Below, in pieces: positions 37,301 to 49,723 of a stretch of 64,000 bases of DNA. The notes under the pieces are model-generated. The model ran no database searches and was not told the origin of the DNA. It saw only the letters and a list, made by a program, of their open reading frames with translations. Position numbers and translations under genes: made by a program. The stretch is from Lingula anatina. Its lineage: Eukaryota > Animalia > Brachiopoda. How positions within the stretch are numbered: position 1 is the stretch's first letter; each line of letters begins with the position of its first letter. Where the stretch lies: the NCBI GenBank assembly GCA_051362555.1, contig CM120640.1, positions 64,148,788 through 64,212,787 of the forward strand. The letters are read 5' to 3'.

Positions 37301-39108
37301 GTTAGTGTTTGTCTGAAATTTTCTGCATCTTTACAACATTGCTAGTTGATTATATAAATATGACGGTAAACATGTTATCATGTACTGTGTAATACAGTGT
37401 CTCAAAATGGAGGAAATGGGGTGATTATTTTCAAAAGTTTTGCATTTTTTTCTCCTTTTTTCAGTGTACATGCAACACTGTTAACATATTTCAAGGAGAA
37501 CCAATAAGCCTGTTTTCATGAAACTCACAGAACTGATGATTATTAGTAAAAGAATGGTCAAGATTGAAAATCAGCAAGACCAGGCCCTTTTCTTTCAAAT
37601 TTTATGCTGTTTTTTTTTTTTTTTTTTTTTTTTCAGCATATATGTAACACTGTAAGCACATTTCAGGGAGAACCAATAACTTAAAGCCTGTTTTCATGAA
37701 ACTCACAGAACTGATTATTATGAGTAAAAGCATATTAGTAACACTGTAAGCACATTTCAGGGAGAACCGATAGGCCTGTTGTCATTAAACTCACAAGAGT
37801 GATCAATGTTATCTATATACAAATCAAATTTAAAAATAAGATTGATTGGTTGAGTTTTGAGGGACTTCAGCTTTTATTTGTATATAAGTGGTTTTCCTCA
37901 GATTTGATTGTCAGGCATGTAAACAGTCTCATTATTGAATTTACTAGATATGTAAAATGGGTTGTTTGACAATTTCTGCGTCTTGACAATATTGCTAGTT
38001 GATTATATAAAAATGATGGTAAACCTGTTATCTTGTATTGTGTAAAAAAAGTGCCAAAATGGAAATGAACTCGTATCATTGTAGTTTGTCAGATTCAATC
38101 ATTCACAATGTTCGGAATGGAGGAAATTGGACATTTAAACTTGTTATATTGATATTTTTGCCATCTCAACAATTTTCTTAGTTTATCATGTGAAATGGCA
38201 GTAAACTGTATTATTTTATGTAAAAAAGTTAAAAATGGAAAGAAACCCATTTCAGTACAGTGCTCTCTTGTATACATTTAGCATTTTCAAAGTATGACTT
38301 TGGAGTTCCATGAACCTGAAAACCTTTGCTAGTCACATTTTCTGAATATTCATGATACTAATATTTTATTATAAAAAATTGATGATCATTATGCTGTTAA
38401 GCATTATATAATAGTGCATCAAATTGGAAGAAAGCACAATTTTGGGTGCTGCTGGCATGATGTCCTCAATTGTAAAATTGTGTACTGTGCAAGTCTGTAT
38501 CCAATGGACGACACTTTGTGTTATCAAAATATAAAATTCATGATAATAAAAGAGTGCTAAATAGAAAATAAGCATTATGAAAATAAAATGTTTGAAAACG
38601 AATTTCTTTGGTCTTTTATTTTATTTCATCAGTATCCTTTCTTTTCCTAAATTAATTGATGTTTTATCTCATAATCTTCAATTCTAAAAAAGTGGCAAAG
38701 CCCAGCATTAAATATTGTATAACTGTTCATTTAATCATCACCTCTGGTGTTATTTTGGAATTTACCTTAAATATGAAAGAATTTCATAAAAATGTGAATT
38801 GCTGCAAAGTAACGCTATATAAAATTTGCTTTGCATTAAAAGTACAATCATTATTACATGTAGATGCATGCATGTCCTCGGTTGTAATGTGTAGTGTCTG
38901 TCCGTGTGTGTGTCCGTGTGTGTCCTCGGTTAGAATGTAAAATTCTTGTCAGCAAAAAATTAGTTTTTATAAAAAATTAATTTATAACATTCATACTTGA
39001 ATAGATTTTACCCTAAATTGAATGTTTTTATTTTGATTTAACCAAGGAATAAGATGTCCTCGGTTGTATGGTGTTGTGCTGATGTCCTCGGTTGGTACAC
39101 ATAGACAA

Positions 39109-39140
<32 letters not shown>

Positions 39141-42100
39141 ATTGGGATGGGAGGTACATGAATCCCTCAGTGTAGTGAAGATTATTATATATCTAGTCGG
39201 ATCTCTCTTTCTATGAAAGGGTAGGATGGCATGAAAAAAACTGCTGTCTGACCTTAAAAATTAAACTGTTTATATCTACCAGTATGCTCCATATGGGTCA
39301 TTTAATAGAGAGCCATTTAATATTGAAGAAGTACAAAACTGACCTTAGCTGTTGATTTTCACCTGTAACATTATTGCAATGTACATATTTTTATTTGTTG
39401 ACTATAGCTCAGCATTTAATACTATTGTACCAAGCAAATTGTATTTTAAACTTTTGGATGATCTTAATTTTCCACCAGCACTCTGCGATTGGATTTTAGA
39501 TTTTCTTTTAAACAGAAAACAGTCAGTAAAAGTCCGTTTTAACTTCTCGGACACTATAGTTTTAAACACTGCCACACCCCAGGGCTGTGTCTTATCACCT
39601 TGTTTATATACGTTATTTACCCACGACTGTGTGGCGAGGGAGGAAAATACATTTTTAATGAAGTTTGCCGATGACACAACTTTAGTCGGCTTGAAACACC
39701 ATAATGATGAGATGTCATACAGTTTAGTAAATTGGTGCACAGACAATGACTTGATATTAAATGTGAGCAAAACAAAAGAAATGATCATAGACTTCAGAAG
39801 AAATCAGTGAAGTAAAAATCCATTGGAAGTTAATGGTAAAGTGGTCGAACAGGTTTCTAATTATAAATTACTAGGGGTTCAGCTGAATAATAGGTTAACC
39901 TGGGGCGATAACATCACGAAGCTATTGAAAAAGGCATGTCAACGAATGTATTTCTTAAGGAAATTGAAAGCCTTTACCAGGAATGTGTTTATTTTAACGA
40001 ACTTTTACAGGTGTGTTTTAGAGAGTATTTTAACTTATTCAGTAACTGTTTGGTATGGACGTGCAACTGTGGAGGAGAGGAACAAGTTAGAAAAGATTGT
40101 CGAAACTGCAGGGATTGTAATTGGAACAGATCTAACTCCCGTCCATACTTTATATCTAGACAGGACTAAAAAGAAAACATTATCAATAGTGACAGACAGT
40201 TCCCATCCAGCCCATACCCTTTTTAAATTTTTACCTAGCAATTCGAGACTCTTAGCTTTTAAGGGTAGTAATGATTTTTAAATAGCTTTTATCCTTCGGC
40301 AGTAACTATTTTTAACTCTAACATGTAATTTTAATTTTCATTTTTTATATTTCAGTGGCGCTACTACAGGACAAAAGATTCCCAATTTTATACATTTGTA
40401 TTTTATTGGCTTAATAAATTATTATTATTATTATTATACAGTGCATAACTAAAAATTTAATTAACATATTCACTGTATACATGTATAATTGTTACTGCAT
40501 TGTGATGCATTAAGTCCTGTAGTCTTAAGTCCAAGCACTATGGAAATGTTAAGGTACCGGTACAATGTACGACAGTAGAGACTTTGACACTAATAGGGAG
40601 TGGAGAGGAATTAACAAGATTGTATAAATATGGTATGATACACATTATGTAATGCATATACTAGTACAGTACACAGTACCCAGAAGATTTAATTGTTAGT
40701 GGCCATGGATCAACCAACAGTGGGAAATTCCTAGAATATTTTCCCAGTATTATAACCACCCTCTAAGTCTTACATGTAACACATAATCAGTCACTGCTAC
40801 ATTGTGGTAATATGATTTAAGTGATGTTGTTGTAATGCACACACAAATATATACATTGTGTATATCCTTACTGGTCACAGGAATGAAAATTTAACCTACT
40901 ACAGGTAGTAGTAGGTTAAATTTTCCAGGACATACTCTGTTGCACTGTTGAAGTCTGATTGCCTTACTTTGATACTTTGTTTACACATGCATATGTAAAC
41001 AAGTGTATTTTCTTTGTCTTTAGTTGTATGTGCCTCGAGCTCTTAGCAAATAATATTTTAAATCCCATCAGTGATACATTTTTGCCTGTTAATATGATGC
41101 TTTTACATTTTGAAGAAGTTTTAGAATGCTGACAATTATGTATGGTCATTGCTTTTCTTTAAAATTCTAATCCTATGCAGTTTATTTTATAAAGGCTGAT
41201 GATGATTATACAGTTACTGTCACCTGGGAGGATGGTCACAACAGTTCCTTCAAGGCAGACTGGTTACTGTACAGGAGTTTCAGTTCAGAGCAGCAGCACC
41301 GGCGTCTACGCCTGTACCGCCCTGAGTGGAAACACTGGGGTGCAAATGAAATGCAAGGAAAGATACCACAGTTTGCCTTTGGTGAAGTAAGCTTATTCAT
41401 GTGTTCATCACTCAGGAGAAATAAAACCTATGGCCTCTGCAGTCAGGCCTTTTCTTTATGAGAAACATTATACTTATGATTAAATTTAGGAAAGAACCCA
41501 CAAATTATTCAGGAAGGGGGTTGTGTGTGAGTCACTTGTGTTTTAGATAGGCTGGACTATATAGCAGAAAGCGAGATGCTTGGGTAATTTTGTTAATAAA
41601 CTATAATAGTGGAGCAGTGGAGAAAACAAGGTGTTTCAAACTGGTGATTCCACCCTTTTAAATGCTGTGACAATTTCATTTTAGCAGATACAGTGTTTTT
41701 TATGACTTTTTAACAGACCAATGTACTGTTCTGTCTTCATTTAATGAGTTGTCAGTGGCTGTACCATAAAATATTGCCAGAATTCAAATTCATTCCTAGG
41801 TTTGCACATTATTTCTCGACACCTGGTCTCTTTTTGCTCGCGAGTCAGGTCAAGTTATTCCTTATTATGTATACACACTACCCATATACTACAGAACATA
41901 TTATATGATAGTTGATTATAAGGTCCATATACATACTTTACTTTTGATAATTATTTCCAAAAACATAATTAAAAAAAAATTTTTGTACTCTAGTATGATG
42001 ATTCTCCAAACAATAATGGAACAGTACGTTGGTCTGTTAAAAGTCGTATGTTAGTTTTTCCTAACTCATTCATTATTTAAAAAAGTTAACACAATGTATA

Positions 42101-42188
42101 AGTTAATCATTAAATATAAATAGTTTTCATGTGTGATTGTCTGGGAGTATGAAGCAAAAGTTATGAAAAAATATCCATCTGATATGCA

Positions 42189-42238
<50 letters not shown>

Positions 42239-45200
42239 TTATACATAAAATGTTTATATATGTATAAACTATATATCACATGGATTTTTTTTCATATCAT
42301 ATACCCACTTTTCAGGTGATGTCTGAAGATCGCAGTCTGCATGACTTCCTGCATACCCTGGATGTGATGGGATTAGTAATGCTGAAGAATACCCCTACTA
42401 TGACAGGCCAGCTGGAGAAACTCGGCAAAAGGATTGCATACTTAAGGCCAACCAACTACGAGTAAATCTAATGTTTCTTTTACTGAATTCTGGCTGAAAC
42501 TGTTTTCCACACTAAATGCTAAAATATTTATTTATTTATTTTTATTTTACCTTATTTTTAAGGAACTAGAAAAAACTGTAAAACAATGAATCACAATTGC
42601 AGTGAAATGATCTAATTCTTTTAATTTCTTGCTTGAAATATTTTTTATACCTTTCATTTATTTCTCTTTTTTTAAATACTTGAACTTTATATTAATGTGC
42701 AATTCCTTTCATTTGTGTGAATGAGATGTAGAATGGGGATAGAGAGAGAATTTCTGTATACTTGCATCTTGAGAAGTAGATGTGTTATCTCTTTAGCTTA
42801 TAAAATGAAATATGCATGCTCTATCTTTTCATAAACAAATGGGCTGAAGCTACATGCCTACTGACACAACTCTATTACAGCATGTGTGTTATGCTTACTA
42901 ACTGGGATATTTCATTACTCTCAAGGTTGGTATTTACGGTACAGAACAAGGTTGCTCCTAATAACTTGGCATTCACTGCCAAACGTCTTGGACTTCACAA
43001 TGACCTGCCATTTTATCATCACACACCAGAGGTGAGAGGTCTTTGTAGTGCACGCTTTGATGAAGGCTGTCAGCCTGCTTCTGCTAACAGAATGCTAAAT
43101 GACCACTATTCTAAAGGAAATTTTAGCAGTTACTAAATTGCATAGTCATTCTGTAGATACTAATCATGCTTGCATTCAAGATTTTTTTTTGTATCTAGAT
43201 TATATGGCCAGACACTGTTTGGACATGTAGGTTTCATTTGCTGCATCTGTCATCGCCATCACTGTGAACTTTCCTTGTAAGCACCTTAAAGGGAAAAACA
43301 ACTTATTTATCAGTCCTAAACTTACAGGTATAATTCATAGTACTAAAATAACCAAATTGGATTATTTTTTCTTGAAGTAATTTTTTTTGTGAGTTCTTCA
43401 TTTTATCCCAAAAGGCATGCTCATTGTGTGAATTAGACTTCCCATACATCTGAAGCCCTGTGCTAGTTACATTTCCAAACATACACAGTAACAGCACTAC
43501 ATAATCACAGTTTTGTGGGGATTATACTGTTAAGCATAATGCAATGTTACATCGAAAAATACAAAATGAATAAGTAAATATATAAACATATTTCGTCCAC
43601 TTTCATTGTTATTGAACTGTTTTATTGTTTCTGACAGTTTTGACATGTATATGTCTGTCCATGTGACAGCTATGCTGCCTTGTTTGGGATAAAAACTAGT
43701 GTGATTTATTAAGGCATATGCAGTGGTAGACAAATCCCCTCCTCTGCCCCAATTAGTAACAGTCAATAGATTAAATGATTCTTAAAACCCCTTTTACTTC
43801 TTGACATAAAATAAAGATTTTTTGAGAGACATGTTTCATGACAGCTGGTTGGTATTCAAGTAGCATATACACAGCGTGGAGTCTGCATCTGCCACTGCAT
43901 TTGTCAACAGAAAGCAGGTCAAAAGTTACTTTGGTTGTGCTTATCCTAGCTTGAATCCAGATTATGTTGTGATTTGTTACAGGACGGTGTTTACTGTAAT
44001 CAACAGGAACAAAAATGCCAATAACCTAGCTTATACCCGGCGAAGGCTTGGTCTGCATATGGATCTGCCCTTCTATGAATATTCGCCAGAGGTATTAGTC
44101 ATGTATTATCAGATAAATTTGGAGAGAGATAAGCGATTAAAGTGATGTATTATTAGATAAATTATTCACGAAAAGACAATGCTTTATTGAAATTTAATGC
44201 TATGTTAATTGATAATGTGTTTGCATTGTCTCTTCCACACTTTCAAAACTTGTGCCCACCTAGGACCCTCCAAACAATGTTTCTTGGATCCTAGATCCAA
44301 ACCCAATGTTCTGATTCAAGTTGTATTTCTTTCATTCCAGAGATGAATTATTGCAAAATTATATCTTGCCTCCGTGCTTGATCACAAATTTCATATCAGG
44401 TTTTCAGTTAATGCAGTTGAATGTTTTATGCGAGTTTATAGTACTGGTTTAATGTTGTAAAACAAATTTGTTATTCCCATGCCTTTGCATTTTGTGGCAG
44501 ATCAATTTGGACCCAGATTAGTTTCTTTACTTGATCAGTAGGTAAATCTGAAAATAACATTGTATGCTACAGAAGGGTATATCATTTTAACATGATGTGT
44601 ATGGTTGAGGGTACATGTGAATGTTGCCTGCAAAACTGCAGCTTTGAAATAGCTTACATTCCCATGGTTGATCCCGCCTGTGTACAGTTACAGAGTTATA
44701 CAGTTTAATTTTTGTTTACTCATATATGTCACAGACCTTTGTACACAATTGACATTGAAGATGGGTCAGCACTTTTGTTCTGTACAACAGTGAATATTCT
44801 ATGAAATAGATTAAACAGTAAAGAAAAAAAAAATTGGACTCTTTGAAAAGCAAGTAAAACCAGAAAGTTTGTAAAAAATAGTAAGATGTACCTTTAGTGC
44901 ATATTTTATTAAAATTTAATTTAAAATGCTGATAGATACAATGTTATTTGACGCACTGATCTATATACAAGTGGTATTGTCATTTTTGTTGGTTCCTATG
45001 TATAACCTGATAGATGCCAGCAGACTTAAATGTGTACAAGTCTTCCTCAGTCATTTTATAAGTGCATATATCATATGTAGATTCAACTGCTGCACTGCAT
45101 CAAGCAAGCTGAGGGGATGGGTGGAAGCAATGAATTTGTAGATGGACCTTACGTTGCCAAGCAATTGAGGGACCTTAATCCAGAGGCGTACAAAACGCTT

Positions 45201-46177
45201 ACAATGACCTTAGTGGACTTTTACGATGTTGGAGAAGAGGCTTACAAGTTCAACTTTGCTTATAGATGGCCAGTGATAGCGTAAGTTGTGAAGTTTTCAG
45301 TGTTGGGGATAAAAAAGGACTTTGATTATAAAAGAAATGATGGCATTATTATTCTTTTGCTTTGTTTCCTTTCAGATATTTAAAAAAATAATAAAAAAAT
45401 TGTATCACTATTATAAGACTCATTTTATCATTGATTAACGATTCTTTAAATATTTTAAGTAATGCCTAATTTCAAATTCAGTCTTGGCAGAGATGGAGAA
45501 CCTGAGAGCATTTTCTACAATGATCAAGTGCGTGCCTACCAACTCAACATCCCTGCAGAAGAAGTGTATGGTTTTTATAAAGCACTGAAAGAGTTTCACA
45601 AACTTATGTACGACCCAAAGAACATTGTTGAAGTAAAAATGGAGGAAGGTAATAATTAAAAGTTGATAAGTTAAGTAAATCTTAAAATCTCTCCAACCAA
45701 GATGTTGTCTGACACTACTAAGAATTTTTACATTTTTGCTGTAAGTGAACACATTTTTATACTGGTCTACAGGTATATTAATAGTCATCAGTTAATCCAC
45801 CAATATATTGGTTGTGTTGTAACCTGGTTAATGCGTCACATATTTTAATTTGTATAATGAATAATCTATATTTTATTTGCATTTAGGTTACTTTTCTGTC
45901 AAGTATTTTGACCATAACTAAGGATGACAAAAACTGCAATATGTGTTATCTTTCCATACTTTTTCTTTCCAATTTCTTGAAGAGTCGTAATGGTGTCAGA
46001 ATTTTTTACATTTTCGCAGGTGACATTGTCTGCTTTGCCAATAAGCGGGTTTTACACGGCAGAACTGGCTATGAGAGTGGAAAGGGAGAACGCCATCTAG
46101 AAGGAGCATATTTCGATTGGGATGAAGTCCGCTCTCGTGTCCGGGTCCTCAAAAGAGACCTTAATATTGAACCCTGA
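29148..46177 (+). CDS. BBOX1: Gamma-butyrobetaine dioxygenase-like (Fe(II)/2OG), 457/458 aa, with alternative exons 4a/4b and an N-terminal transit-like extension
   Basis: Exons 29148-29552 (YPYVWLRDNCQCPEC Zn site), 41195-41386 (VTWEDGHNSSF), 42316-42461, [42926-43031 or 43983-44091] (HxD), 45081-45280 (IQLLHCIKQ..GGSNEFVDG), 45482-45648 and 46020-46177 (GDIVCFANKRVLHGRTGY..RHLEGAYFDWD). Phases are consistent with one exon 4. Confidence 0.92.
31241..31577. mobile_element. TTAA-flanked MITE (Kolobok/piggyBac-like), copy 1
   Basis: TTAA|AGTCATAATAACTCTTCGT ... ACGAAGAGTTATTATCCCT|TTAA; reverse-complement copy at 63150-63463. Confidence 0.75.
32432..32603. mobile_element. Short MITE with CAGGGGC..GCCCCTG termini (hAT-like ends)
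   Basis: Imperfect TIR; internal repeated TTTTGACGGTCTTC motif; no clear target-site duplication. Confidence 0.5.
33570..34638. mobile_element. Nested TA-flanked MITE (Tc1/mariner-pogo type)
   Basis: TA-CTCTGAAGTATCAAATAAA ... TTTATTCGATACTTCAGAG-TA; subterminal CCAGTACTTTTATT repeats at 34485-34623; poly(T) at 34337-34376. Confidence 0.7.
34900..38060 (+). repeat. Higher-order tandem repeat: about 160-bp subunits organised in about 872-bp blocks (about 3.5 copies)
   Basis: CATGAAACTCACAGAACTGATG recurs every 155-165 bp; identical 63-aa spurious ORFs at 36253 and 37125 show the 872-bp period. Confidence 0.9.
39388..40436 (+). mobile_element. 5'-truncated, degenerate non-LTR retrotransposon (Rex1/Babar or L2-CR1 group) reverse transcriptase fragment
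   Basis: DYSSAFNTI, PQGCVLSP, KFADD, LNVSKTKEMIIDFR, QRMYFLRKLK and HPAHTLF motifs; stop at 39808-10 and a small deletion; (TTA)n tail at about 40418-40436. Confidence 0.9.
41701..42048. mobile_element. MITE with about 30-bp TIR in BBOX intron 2
   Basis: TATGACTTTTTAACAGACCAATGTACTGTTC / GAACAGTACGTTGGTCTGTTAAAAGTCGTA. Confidence 0.7.
42926..43031 (+). CDS. BBOX1: BBOX alternative exon 4a (LVFTVQNKVAPNNLAFTAKRLGLHNDLPFYHHTPE)
   Basis: AG acceptor at 42924-25, GTGAGA donor; 106 nt, phase 2 to 0; intact frame. Confidence 0.85.
43983..44091 (+). CDS. BBOX1: BBOX alternative exon 4b (TVFTVINRNKNANNLAYTRRRLGLHMDLPFYEYSPE)
   Basis: CAG acceptor at 43980-82, GTATTA donor; 109 nt, phase 2 to 0; intact frame. 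Confidence 0.85.
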
Positions 46178-49100
46178 GGGCATCCAATCAACAGCCCAGA
46201 AGGTCTTTTAAAATATAAAGCAGCACAATAAAGAACATTTGAAAATGAAACATTAGCTTTGCAGCTATTAGCCAACAGAAAATGAAAAGATATAACTTCT
46301 ATGATCATACATGTCTAGTACTAATTAAAGTTAATGTGCCACTAGTAACTATATTATGTAAATGATTTGAACTACATTTTTATAATAATTACAAATCTAA
46401 TTACAGCGAAACCAACTTTTTAGCCGATATAAGATGGAGGTTTTGACTGTTAGTAATTGTGTTAAACCATCTGGTTATTGGATTTTAGTTTCTTTTGAGG
46501 GAACAGTTTTTGTTTTAATTTTCAGAAAAGATCAGATGTAAGGTTCTAGCAGTTAAATAAGTTAAAGACAATAATTCTGTTTTATTACCCTTCGATATTT
46601 TATTGAATTTTTTAACCTACACACCAGATACAACATATTATTGGCTGGCATTCGGCTTCAGTGAAGAACCTTTTTGTTTTTGTAAATTGAATGTTTTTAA
46701 AAATAGTTTTTAAATTTTATTTCAAAATTTACAAGATCCAATACATCTAACATAAAATTAGAAAGATTGACTTGCAGGCAGACGTTGGTGTAAAACTGAA
46801 TGAAGATTTCAGGCAATTTGTTTGGAATATATATAGTTTTAGAATATATTTTTGTAAATGTTAATGGCCCAAATTATCAAGTATTTTTGTAGGTCAGGTT
46901 TGCATTTCTTGCAGCAATACAGTATAAAGAAATTCAGGCGTTTGTTTATTTATTTTTATGTGAGTCATACATTCAAACTATACTTGATGGTACTGCCAAT
47001 TTTCCTCGTTTCATTCTATGTATGTATATGTCACGTTTTAAAAAGCTTAAGTCTATTGTACTTGAAGAAGGGGGACAAAAAGAGGGCATTTATCAAGAAC
47101 TGTGAGGAGAACCAAGGAAATATTTGAATTGAAAGTTTTTGACCGAGAACGACATCCCTGGACGTGAGGCGAAGACCAAAGAGATGACTCATCTTTGCCA
47201 TACATTCTTTATGGCAGATAATTTTGGAGCGATGTTGTTTGTCAAATGCCTAAGGATAAAACGCTTGTACATGTAGCTATACTTGCGCCATTACTCTTAT
47301 ATGTAGAAGCGTATTGCTTGCAACAGTATTATTTACATATATATAATCTTTTGTTGACTACATATCCATTTTAGATCCCATTTTTGTAAGTTGGTGGAGG
47401 GTACAATGTAGTTTTGCAGAACCTCGATGCGATTAACAATAATAAATTTGCGTTTTATTTCTCCTATCCATTGCTTTTCTTTTTAATGTAGTCTCTGCGA
47501 AAATTAAATATGCCGTGGAGCATGTTGTTTTTTTATGAGTATGATTTTCTTGATGAGCACCAGATAAATGTTATAACGAAAGCTTGAGACTTAAAAATGC
47601 CATAATTACTTTTAGATCTTATATAAAAAGGCAGTACTGAAAGAAAATGAGAGAACACGTACATGACTGCATGTAGCACAGTCACGTGAGTGTGAAATAT
47701 ATCCGTGGGTCCTTTTGTAAAAAAATCCAACAGAGGAGAGGAAGAAAGGGAGGAAAATGACCTTTGATGATAGTAACAAGAGTCGGAGGAGACCCATGGC
47801 GACATGTTTTAATAACTGCTTGCAAATATCAACGTTAAGATAAAATGTTGAAGATAAAGCGTGAACTGACACGAGCTGGTTTCAGCCGATCTGATCGTCT
47901 TCTAATCAGTAATATATTTGGGGCATGAATACTTTAACCCAGTTCACACAGTCACATGTATAAAGTACATGTACAGTGACAGTGTATGCACCCATCTCGA
48001 TCGACTCACGAGTATGAACACAACGAAGGAAAGTTGGGTTGTTTGCTGCATTTCCCTTTTTCTCACCTGTCGCACTCCAGTTAAGTACATATTAGTACAC
48101 TGTATATATCCCTTTTTTAACCCAGTCGCATTCTTGCTAAGGTTTGAATCTTAGACGATTAAAGATTTTTTACAAGCTGTTCCTATCAATTGGACCATTT
48201 GAGACAACGTGTTTTTACGTTTGCGAATAGGAAATATGAGAAATGTATTAGCGCTCAATCTCAATGAAGCTATCGTTCTACGTAGATCGATCCAACTTCG
48301 CTGGGACTCTCGCTGAATGCAATCAGTTTAACAGATTGACAGGCCTCCTCTTGTTTCCAACGTACTCGTTAATAAAGTACATGCAAGCATACACGTCATG
48401 ATGCGCAGAACCTTCGTCTTACAGCGGAAAACACGGCTGAATTAATCGATCAGCCATTTTTTCCAGTTTTCGTCCATTTTAAATAGAAGAAATAGAAAAG
48501 AAAGATCAGCTACTCCCGTGTTATTGCGCCAGTTAAAACATTTGCTGGTTAATACATTTAACACCCGAGAAATAAGTGTTCTAAACAGTGTTTGTTTATT
48601 ATAAAATGTTACTCAATTGTCTACTTCGAGTTATCTCTCTCACGTCAAATCACGTGAGAACATTGGACTTAAGTTTAATAACGTCTGCCTTATTATTTGA
48701 GGGGGGAGATCAGTGGAAAGTACATATATATGCACCATGTGCACGTGGGCGTTGTCAGGTGAATGCAAATATTTTGCCTGATTAACTAATAAGCTAACTA
48801 ACCATCATCATTTAAATAACAACTGCAATATAAGATTGTATATGAGACCCAGAACAGATCTCCCTGGTCTTTACTTCCATCCCTCCCTTCACGTGTTTCC
48901 TCCGTATCTTATGTACATATGTATGTGCTATTGTACAAGTTGTCCAAAAATTATAAAACCTTTGGTTAAATCCCACAAGGTTGAGTTTCTTTATAATTCG
49001 TTTTTGTACCCACACCACATCTAATATTTCGTGAACTATATCTGTCCATTGGATGGATTATGTGAATCTTGCTGTGTTATGTTCACCACAAAGTCACAGT

Positions 49101-49723
49101 GACATGGAACTCCATATTTTTTCATCCACGTGAAAGTTTATTTGTTTTTACTACACTTGTCTGGTTCGCAGTTTTGAAGAATGATTATAAGTAAAATGAT
49201 TTGTGTGAATAAAACAGTCGCCATTATAGTTCTGAGAAAGCGTATAGTGCCCAAATTCAACATAATAACAATGTCAGCTAATAAATGTAGGGGAAAATGG
49301 TAATCAAAGATCAGCTAAAAAACACATTGACACAAACTGGTCAGGGTGAAGAAATAATAGGTATTGATGGGCCGATCAGGTGGGTTAATAACTTAATATA
49401 TTGAATGTGGTGCATTACCTTTTGGGACACCCTATTTATCTTTGACTTATGCATTTAAAACACAGAAGACTGAATTAGGGTATCAGTAACTTACGAAACA
49501 GAGCGGCTGAGACCATCGTCCGATATAGGCCTGTTGAGGTAACACTTAAGAACTGTTCCTTAGCTTGTTTTAAAGTATTTTGCTCTCTCTCCCTTTCTCT
49601 CTCCGTCTCTCTCTCGCTGCTTCACCAATGGTAATTTTTCATTAACCGTATCCCTTGAACTAGAGTTGAGAAAGCTTGATGAACATTTTGTTTTGCTTTA
49701 GATTATCTGAATCGGTAGCTGAA

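Larger units (their letters stand above)
33000..38938. mobile_element. About 5.9-kb non-autonomous TIR element in BBOX intron 1 containing a nested MITE and a higher-order tandem array
   Basis: Perfect 23-bp IR ACATTCTAACCGAGGACACACAC (33000-33022) / GTGTGTGTCCTCGGTTAGAATGT (38916-38938). Many subterminal AACCGAGGAC/GTCCTCGGTT copies, also at about 39055-39093. No transposase ORF. Confidence 0.7.

Noticed and set aside
35127-37316. Repeated short ORFs (e.g. identical 63-aa ORFs at 36253 and 37125)
   Set aside because: By-products of the tandem array; no domain or splice support.
34900-38060. CTGATGA...GAAA in the tandem units as hammerhead ribozymes (retrozyme-like)
   Set aside because: No stem II closes directly onto GAAA, and no stem I/III with a NUH site could be built.
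43198-43280. Possible third copy of BBOX exon 4
   Set aside because: It has AG/GT-like ends but no frame resembles the NNLA..HxD peptide.
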